A stretch of 63,958 bases of DNA, the filler included, from Reclinomonas americana ATCC 50394 (lineage: Eukaryota): assembly GCA_048213135.1 (NCBI GenBank). It is 7 parts of 3 records of this genome, joined end to end, with 100 filler letters (N's around TTAATTAATTAA, not from the genome) between each part and the next. Parts side by side here need not be neighbours in the genome. Positions count along the whole stretch, not along the records: positions 52,652 to 57,732 come from PS015170.1; positions 57,833 to 62,748 come from PS015170.1; positions 62,849 to 63,958 come from PS015179.1; 4 more parts are not named here. One strand, written 5' to 3'. A program made the position numbers and the translations under genes. The notes below the pieces were generated by a model. The model ran no database searches. It was not told the origin of the DNA and saw nothing but the letters and a program-made list of their open reading frames with translations. Position 1 is the stretch's first letter, and every line of letters begins with the position of its first letter. Below are positions 55,775-63,958 of this stretch, piece by piece.

Positions 55775-57016
55775 TTGCACGCGTATACGAGCGCGGACTT
55801 TGGTATCAGTGCCTTGGGTAACAGTAACCGCATCAAGAATGTCAGCTGGTACAGTGACGACTTTTTGATTCTGGCGTCGAATTCGCTGTTCCTTGGTATG
55901 CCGTCGAATGCTGCCATTGTGTCACCTGAGCCACTGCGCATCCCAACCATGCAAGTACACGTGAATACGCTGTTGGTAGAGGTTAGTGATTTGTGTGGCG
56001 CAGTGTGAGAGAGAGTGTGTGTGTGTCATAGAGAGGAATTCCCACCGCTCACCGTGATCTGCACACACAGGCATTCACCTCAGCCACCTTTGGTGTTGAC
56101 GCCATCGGTGCCGGCAACCGCATTCCAACGGTCGCGTGGTACGCTGACGACTACCAGATTCTGGCGAGCAAAACTTTATACATTGGTCGATTGAAGACAA
56201 CTGCCACGCTCGCTCCGGGGCTTGAAGAGAGCCGTGTTCCGGACATGCAGGTGCATGTGGATACGCTCTCTGTGAGAGCCTACACCTCCGCCACTTTTGG
56301 TTTCGATACCCTTGGTGCCGGATATCGAATTCCTGTTGCGTTGCCGCGCACGTGTGTTTGCGTGTGTGTTCGTGCCCTGACTCACGTTTTGTGCAGAACG
56401 TGAGCTGGTACACGGATGATTTCTTGTTGCTGGCCAGTAGTCGAGTGCGAATCGGTCGTCAGTCGTCGGTGGCTGCGCCTGCCGACAACCGTGTGCCCAC
56501 TGTCGAAATCAACGCGGACGCTTTCCAAATGCAGGCCTACACCAGCGCCACTTTTGGATTCGCACCTCTGAACACCAACGCAGGCGGCCCCGCTGACGGC
56601 AGTCGCATCCCGACCACCACGTGGTACACGGACAACTTCTATGTGTATGCCTCGCAGAAGCTGTATCTCGGACAGCCATCAGTTGCGGCCATTCCCGCCA
56701 ACACGTTTGAGCCGCTGCGCATCTACGATTTCCAGATTCACGCCGACAACATCACCATTTTGTCGTACGCCACACTCGCCATCGGTCAGACTGGCACGGG
56801 CGTTGGCCGCGTTCCGTCTGTGACCATCAACGCTGCAGACTTTACGCTGCTGGCGTCTGGAACTGCGTCGTTTGGTTTGCCATCAAATGCGCCGCTGCAG
56901 ACGCCGGAGCCTCTGCGCATCAACTTCCTGCAGATGCATGCCAACACGTTCCTGTTGGAAGCCTTTACATCGGCCTCGTTTGGAGTGGACGCGCTGAACA
57001 TCAACGGTGGCAACAT
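55775..57016 (+). repeat. Near-identical inverted copy of 54530-55754 (same repeat-protein exons and introns)
   Basis: Reverse-complement match with scattered SNPs and a 3-bp intronic indel. Both copies have the same endpoints, and a 20-N gap lies at the centre. Confidence 0.9.
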
Positions 57017-57116
57017 NNNNNNNNNNNNNNNNNNNNNNNNNNNNNNNNNNNNNNNNNNNNNNNNNNNNNNNNNNNNNNNNNNNNNNNNNNNNNNNNNNNN
57101 NNNNNNNNNNNNNNNN

Positions 57117-57732
57117 GGTGGCCAGCGTCAGCACATTGTCCGTGTACCAGTTAACATTCTTGATACGATTGTTGGCCGGCGTGCCAGACGGATCGTTCAG
57201 TGCATTGACACCAAACGTGGCCGACGTGTACGNNNNNNNNNNNNNNNNNNNNNNNNNNNNNNNNNNNNNNNNNNNNNNNNNNNNNNNNNNNNNNNNNNNN
57301 NNNNNNNNNNNNNNNNNNNNNNNNNNNNNNNNNNNNNNNNNNNNNNNNNNNNNNNNNNNNNNNNNNNNNNNNNNNNNNNNNNNNNNNNNNNNNNNNNNNN
57401 NNNNNNNNNNNNNNNNNNNNNNNNNNNNNNNNNNNNNNNNNNNNNNNNNNNNNNNNNNNNNNNNNNNNNNNNNNNNNNNNNNNNNNNNNNNNNNNNNNNN
57501 NNNNNNNNNNNNNNNNNNNNNNNNNNNNNNNNNNNNNNNNNNNNNNNNNNNNNNNNNNNNNNNNNNNNNNNNNNNNNNNNNNNNNNNNNNNNNNNNNNNN
57601 NNNTGGACGTGTTGGCTTCGCGTCGTCTGTACCTTGGTCGACGGTCGGCGAATGGGTCACTGGTGGCCGCCGGCTCGGAGCCGGATCGCATCCCCGATAT
57701 GCAAGTGCACACGGAGGTGTTCTTGATGACGG
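57117..57732. other. Two short additional fragments of the WYTD-repeat gene in opposite orientations
   Basis: Minus strand 57117-57232 reads NRIKNVNWYTDNV. Plus strand 57604-57732 reads LYLGRRS..EPDRIPDMQVHTE. Confidence 0.65.
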
Positions 57733-57832
57733 NNNNNNNNNNNNNNNNNNNNNNNNNNNNNNNNNNNNNNNNNNNNTTAATTAATTAANNNNNNNNNNNN
57801 NNNNNNNNNNNNNNNNNNNNNNNNNNNNNNNN

Positions 57833-58113
57833 CCGCTGGCTGTCACCACGCCAGTGACCGCGAGAGAAGAAGCGGCCGTAACAGCACCCGACACATTCAG
57901 CGTGCTGTTCACAGTAACTGCGGCCGACGCCGTGGTCGGTGACGCCAGAGTCAGCGCGGACGATGGATTGCCGACAATGATGGGAGCCGACAGAGTGGTG
58001 CCAATATTAATGCCACTGCCACCGGCCAGCGAAATGGTCGCTGCGCTGACTTGAACCTGCACAACACACCAGATACAAGTAAATCAATGGTGCTCCATGA
58101 CGTGCAGAACTCG

Positions 58114-58171
<58 letters not shown>

Positions 58172-61100
58172 TGCGTACCAGCACGTCAGCAGAGTTGCCG
58201 ACGAAAACAGAGCCGCGGGTTGCCGCAGTGCCACCCTGGATGTATACGGCGCCGCCCATTGTAATGGCGTCACCGCCGATGATGCGAACATTCCCGCCGG
58301 TGGCACCACCTGCGTTGAGCGCACCGACCAACCAGATTTCCCCGCCAGCCGCCGCCACAGTAGCAGTTCGTCGCAGTTTGAAAGTGGTGGTGTCTGCGGG
58401 TCCCAGGTTGAGCGTATCACCACCGCTGACGGCCAATTTGTTGGTCGCAGCCAGCACCAAATCGGCGTTCAGCTGCGCAGTGGTTGCATTCACGGTGACA
58501 GTCTGTGTCGCTGACTTGCCAATCACCACCTGCAGAACGAGAATTGGGGGGAGCAACAGTGAACACATAGAATACGTGATTGACAACGGGCGGGACAGTG
58601 AAACACACCTGTCGTCCCACAAGCGTGCCGATCAGCACACTGCCTTCGAGCGCGGTGCTGGACGCGGAACCGGCGTCAATAAACATGTCGCCGCCTTGCA
58701 GACCTGTAGCACCGCCCTGCCCGCTGAATCGTGTGTCGCTACCGGCGCTCGTGGTACTCGCTGGTCGAGCCAAGAACAGCGGAGCGGAACTGGAGCCCAG
58801 CGAAATCGTATTGCTGGTGGACTGCAGTGACAGGTCGGTGCTGGGAGTTGGTGAAATCACCGCAGGCGTCACCAGGCTCTGCCCACTGAACTGGAAGCCG
58901 TTGATGACATTCAACTGTGACACGAAGGTCGTGCGTTGAGCTACACGTTTGCAATCACATCGAGACACATAGGAAGGTTCGATACGCACCGTGCCGTCAA
59001 TAGTCACAGTCGTGCCTGCATTGCCCAGGTTCACGTACTGCGCCGACGAGGTGCCAATGGACACGCGATTGCTGGCGTCCATCTGCACATTGGTTCCACT
59101 GATACTGACCAGGCTCGTCTGGAAGGTCGAGGCACCGACATACACCGCTCCCGACGTGCCGGGATTGGCCGTCAGGGCGCCTTGCAGACGAATNNNNNNN
59201 NNNNNNNNNNNNNNNNNNNNNNNNNNNNNNNNNNNNNNNNNNNNNNNNNNNNNNNNNNNNNNNNNNNNNNNNNNNNNNNNNNNNNNNNNNNNNNNNNNNN
59301 NNNNNNNNNNNNNNNNNNNNNNNNNNNNNNNNNNNNNNNNNNNNNNNNNNNNNNNNNNNNNNNNNNNNNNNNNNNNNNNNNNNNNNNNNNNNNNNNNNNN
59401 NNNNNNNNNNNNNNNNNNNNNNNNNNNNNNNNNNNNNNNNNNNNNNNNNNNNNNNNNNNNNNNNNNNNNNNNNNNNNNNNNNNNNNNNNNNNNNNNNNNN
59501 NNNNNNNNNNNNNNNNNNNNNNNNNNNNNNNNNNNNNNNNNNNNNNNNNNNNNNNNNNNNNNNNNNNNNNNNNNNNNNNNNNNNNNNNNNNNNNNNNNNN
59601 NNNNNNNNNNNNNNNNNNNNNNNNNNNNNNNNNNNNNNNNNNNNNNNNNNNNNNNNNNNNNNNNNNNNNNNNNNNNNNNNNNNNNNNNNNNNNNNNNNNN
59701 NNNNNNNNNNNNNNNNNNNNNNNNNNNNNNNNNNNNNNNNNNNNNNNNNNNNNNNNNNNNNNNNNNNNNNNNNNNNNNNNNNNNNNNNNNNNNNNNNNNN
59801 NNNNNNNNNNNNNNNNNNNNNNNNNNNNNNNNNNNNNNNNNNNNNNNNNNNNNNNNNNNNNNNNNNNNNNNNNNNNNNNNNNNNNNNNNNNNNNNNNNNN
59901 NNNNNNNNNNNNNNNNNNNNNNNNNNNNNNNNNNNNNNNNNNNNNNNNNNNNNNNNNNNNNNNNNNNNNNNNNNNNNNNNNNNNNNNNNNNNNNNNNNNA
60001 GCACCGCCTGCACCACTGGCGGGCGCCGTCCGACCAATCACAAATTCGGCATTGTCGTTGGCACCCATGCGAATGGTGTTGCCCGATGACGCTAGCAAAT
60101 TGGCGAGCGTGACGGGAGAGGAGAAAGTGGTCGAGGAAGCGTTGACTTGAAGCGCGGCGGAGGCGCTGCCGAGCACGACTTGTTGTGCGTTGCTGACGCC
60201 AAGATAGAGGCTGCCGCCGCTTCCGCTGCCCTTTCCAGCGTCGACATACCTGCGAAGATCGGGTGTTGAAGAGTCAGCGAGAAATCTCATCAGAGAGCGA
60301 GAGCACGCAGACAGCAGCGCAACATGTCGCCTGCCACGAATCCGCCGGTGGTATCTTGGCCAAGAAGGCGTGTGGCAGCTGCGCTAACGTTGACGCGCGA
60401 TGGCCGCCGCAAAATAAAGTCAGCAGACGAGGAGGTGGTGCCAAGTAGAATGTTCGACGACTGCGGGGTGAGGCTGAGATCACCACCGCCAGACGTTGTA
60501 ATAATGGACGCGGTGAGCGAGCCGGTAATTGTTGCTCCGTTGGTTGCAGCGAGCTGTGGCCAGACACACTCCGGTCAGCTCGACCACGCACAATGATAGG
60601 GCGACAAACGCAACTGCTCCATCAACCACCACCGGAATGCCAGCACGACCGACATAGACACCAGTGGAAACCGAGGTGCCGAGACGCACTGCTCCGAGAG
60701 GCGATACATACACATCTGTAATGGCCTCGAGTGTCACCTGCGGTCAAGTGCATCAGGCTAACCGATACCACGACAAGATCAACCAGAAAAAAAGAAAAGA
60801 TAACTAACCGTCTGCGCATTTGTTGTTGAGCCTACAAACACAGAGCCGACGGTGCCAGCACCCACGGCTGGCGACGACGTCAGCCGGATGCTGCCGCCGT
60901 TGGTGGAGCCAAAGACCGGTGTCGGACGCGTCAGCACCAACTCCATGCCGTCCGTGTCGCCAAACATTACTTGATTGGACAGCGAGCGAATGGACGAGGT
61001 TGACGAGAGCGTCATGCCGCCGTTGACTTGGAGGGAGGATGAGGTGGCCACAGAGCCCACAAAGGTTGTGGCCGCACCCATAGTGATGGCACTAGTATTC

Positions 61101-62748
61101 AGCGTGCCAATCGAAATTCGTCCATGAGGACCTCCGCTGCCGGCATTCAGTAGCCTGTAGTACACAATCACAACGGGTGAGATGAGCAGCGGGAGTAAGA
61201 GATTCGGGAGACGGGGGAAAAGCGCAACAGATCGCCGCCCGCCGCCGTTCCATTGGGATTGTTCTGACCGGACAGCGTGGTCGACATGGCACCACCACTG
61301 CCAGCGTATGGCACTCGCGCAAATTCAAAGCCGGCCGAGCCCGAGCCAAATTGCACAACGTTACTGGCCGACGACACCAGCAACGACCCACTTGGAGCAA
61401 CCAGCGACGAGGTTTGTACGACCGAATTGACCAGCTGCAAAAACCAATAAAAGGGGGGCGTGAGACTGGGGTAAGTCCGCAAAGATCCACGCACGCGTGT
61501 ACGCAACGGCGCCCAGGATGGTGGTGGTCGACATGGCGGAGCCAATGGTGACAGTGGTCGCCGTGCCGCCAATGACTACAGTGCCTGCCGAATCCACCGT
61601 GGTTTGCACACGAGACAACGAATCAGTGCGATCCGTGTCGGTGAACGAGCCGAGCGTCAGCCTGCCATGAGAGGCGTTGCCGCGACCAGCACGAATGGTC
61701 AGGTCGGAACCGACTGTGCCGACGGCGGTTTGATCCGGGCGGCGCAGCACAAACGAGGCATCGGTGGGATTGCCGAGCATGAGCTGGAAGTGAAGAACTG
61801 ATGAGTGCGTGGAGAGAGAGAGAGCGTGAGAGAGCGAAATGACAACAAGGCGCGAACCTGAGTCGCAGATCCGACAACGGTCAGCGGCACATCGGCATTG
61901 AGTTGCACACTCGACCCGAACGTGACCGCCTGCGAAAACGAGGCCGACCGCGAGAACGCACTGGGTGCGTCGACCGCTACAGCGCCGGTAGCTACACCAA
62001 GTCGAATCTGCAGTGCGGTTGCGGGGGGCACGCGTGTGAGTCAGCATTCTGCGTGTGTCCAATCAGTGCACACGTGGCAACAAACCGTGCCCGCGGTGTT
62101 CACGGCCAGGCGTACTTCGCCCGTCGTGGTGCCCGCACCACCGTCAATCTCACTGTGAGTGGATGAGGGAAAAAAACGAAATGCGGTCAGCCACCAACGT
62201 GACGCGCTCAACAGCGGTAGGCCGTCATACGAAACATGGAGCCGCCGGCGCTGCCGATCGCACCCTGTCCAATGAAGCGTGTGGCAGTACCCGCCAAATT
62301 GTCGGTTCGTCCGGGGCGAGCCACGATAATTGGTGTCGTGGTGATGCCCAGCACAAGCTGATTGTTGGCAGGCTGCAAACTGATGCCAGACAGGGACGCC
62401 GAGGTCACCGTGGACACTTGTAGCGTACCGGGGACCTGTGTATACGATGCACGCAATGAGTGTACTGCACGATACTGTAGTGGCGGCGGCGGCGGCGGCG
62501 AATCAGCACACCTGCACAGAGTTGGACGCCGATGTTTCCAGCGAGAGTGGACCGCCGGTTGCCGACAGCGTCAACTTGGTTGTGCTGAGCGACAAACTCG
62601 CAGAGGACAGTGGCGTGGTCAGCTGCACCTTGGCAACGTGCACTGCAACAAGGAAGTGAGTAACACTCAAGCGCGGGCGCGCAGCAAAAAGCACAACACA
62701 CACGAACTTGAATCGGTGGTGGCGGCGGAGAAGACGGCATCATTGGAA
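57833..62748 (-). CDS. Giant G/S/T/V-rich beta-repeat (fibre/adhesin-like) protein; fragment, many introns
   Basis: The recurring module LG..P...RP....G....GQ....GG.(I/M).I(D/Q)(A/G)G....G.V.IG....V.IG spans GT-AG-bounded exons. No start or stop is seen. Confidence 0.72.
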
Positions 62749-62848
62749 NNNNNNNNNNNNNNNNNNNNNNNNNNNNNNNNNNNNNNNNNNNNTTAATTAA
62801 TTAANNNNNNNNNNNNNNNNNNNNNNNNNNNNNNNNNNNNNNNNNNNN

Positions 62849-63667
62849 CGAGGCCGAGGCGATTGCGCGGCGTGCGGTGGCCGCCTGTGAGCGGACCCTT
62901 GGCGTCGATCACCCAGACACCGTCACCAGTCGCCACAACCTCGCGGTAATCTCTGGTCCGCTGGCAAGTTCGCCGACGCCGTGGAGATCGAGAGACGCGT
63001 GGTGGCCGATCGTGAGCGGATCCTGGGCGTCGACCACCCAGACACCAACGACAGTCGTCGCAACTTGGCGTCGACACTCGACTCGCTTGGCGAGAATGCC
63101 GAGGCCGAGGCGATTGCGCGGCGTGCGGTGGCCGCCTGTGAGCGGACCCTTGGCGTCGATCACCCAGACATTGTCGCCAGTTGCAACATCTTGGCGTCCA
63201 CTCTCTACTCACAGGAAAAGTTTATGGAGGCCGAGGAGCTGGGGCGGCGTGTGGTGGCCGACTGTGAGCGGATTTTTGGAGCCGACGATCCGCACACGCT
63301 TGCCAGTCGCGGGAACTTGGCTTCGACACTCCAGTCGCTGGACAAGCATGAAGAGGCCGAGCAGATTCTACGGGATGTGGTGGCCGACAGCAAGCGCTTC
63401 CTTGGTGACCATAATCTGGACACCATCACCTACCGCCACAACTTGGCTTCGACACTCCAGTCGCTGGACAAGCATGAAGAGGCCGAGCAGATTCTGCGGG
63501 ATGTGGTGGCCGACAGCGAGCGCTTCCTTGGTGACCATAATTCGGACACCATCATCAGTCGCCAGAGCTTGGTGATGACGCTCAAGTCTCTCGGCAAGCA
63601 TGCTGAGGCCGAGGAGATTGAGCGACGTGCGGAGTCTGTTAACGTTAACAAACACCAGTCTCCGTAA
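62849..63667 (+). CDS. Intronless 42-aa TPR array (kinesin-light-chain/NLR-type, LGxDHPDTxxSxxNLA); 5' truncated, one frameshift
   Basis: 126-bp repeat units, with 63313-63438 nearly identical to 63439-63564. One nucleotide is missing at about 62951. Confidence 0.8.
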
Positions 63668-63811
63668 CTCAGTGAACACCTATCTGTGATAGATAGTGAA
63701 CTGCGAATTGCGATGGCTTCTGCAGTCTGAGTGATCATGAGTACCAAGTAGCTATAGCAGCTAGTAGACTGTCTCGATCTCGACCAGCGTTCATGTTGAT
63801 CAGCACTACGT

Positions 63812-63945
63812 ACGCCGAGGCCGTGGAGTTGGGACGACGCGTGGTGACCGACTGCGAGCGAGTCCTTGGAGTCGACCATCCAGATACCATCGAAAGACGC
63901 AACGACTTGGCGGACGCACTCCAGTCGCGCCCGCGTCGCGAGTAA
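63812..63945 (+). pseudogene. Orphan TPR unit downstream of the array stop codon
   Basis: AEAVELGRRVVTDCERVLGVDHPDTIERRNDLA follows non-coding sequence. Confidence 0.55.
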
Positions 63946-63958
63946 AGTGAAGCACCCC

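Overview
Gene-dense, intron-rich eukaryotic (most likely protist) nuclear DNA from a fragmented draft assembly. It has many N gaps and six artificial 100-nt joins (44 N + TTAATTAATTAA + 44 N). By manual splicing, about 20 genes can be read, typically with introns of about 55-100 nt. They include a Slo/BK-type K+ channel C-terminus, a Rab11-like GTPase, an F-box/LRR protein, a mitochondrial carrier, an NMNAT/NadD-like nucleotidyltransferase, mitochondrial PheRS and a Ki-67-like FHA protein. Also present are RAD51C, a TrhO + O-methyltransferase fusion, an NCL-type Ca2+ exchanger, SCO, an acylated LRR protein, a MADS-box factor, a DTW protein, a multi-TM/PAS/cyclase protein, POC1 (implying centrioles/flagella), two giant novel beta-repeat proteins and a TPR array. 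The most unusual signal is the splicing system. More than 20 introns use register-shifted donors (GTTGCG, GTTTCG, GTTACG, GTTGTG). There are also ultra-short exons, including a 1-nt exon that NMNAT homology appears to require, a 5-nt exon and a possible 2-nt exon. Other highlights are a candidate one-polypeptide mo5U34 tRNA-modification enzyme, a Ki-67-like protein in a probable unicell, a half-site adenylyl cyclase and two non-coding tandem arrays. All gene models are hand-inferred from the sequence and remembered family motifs; no searches were run.
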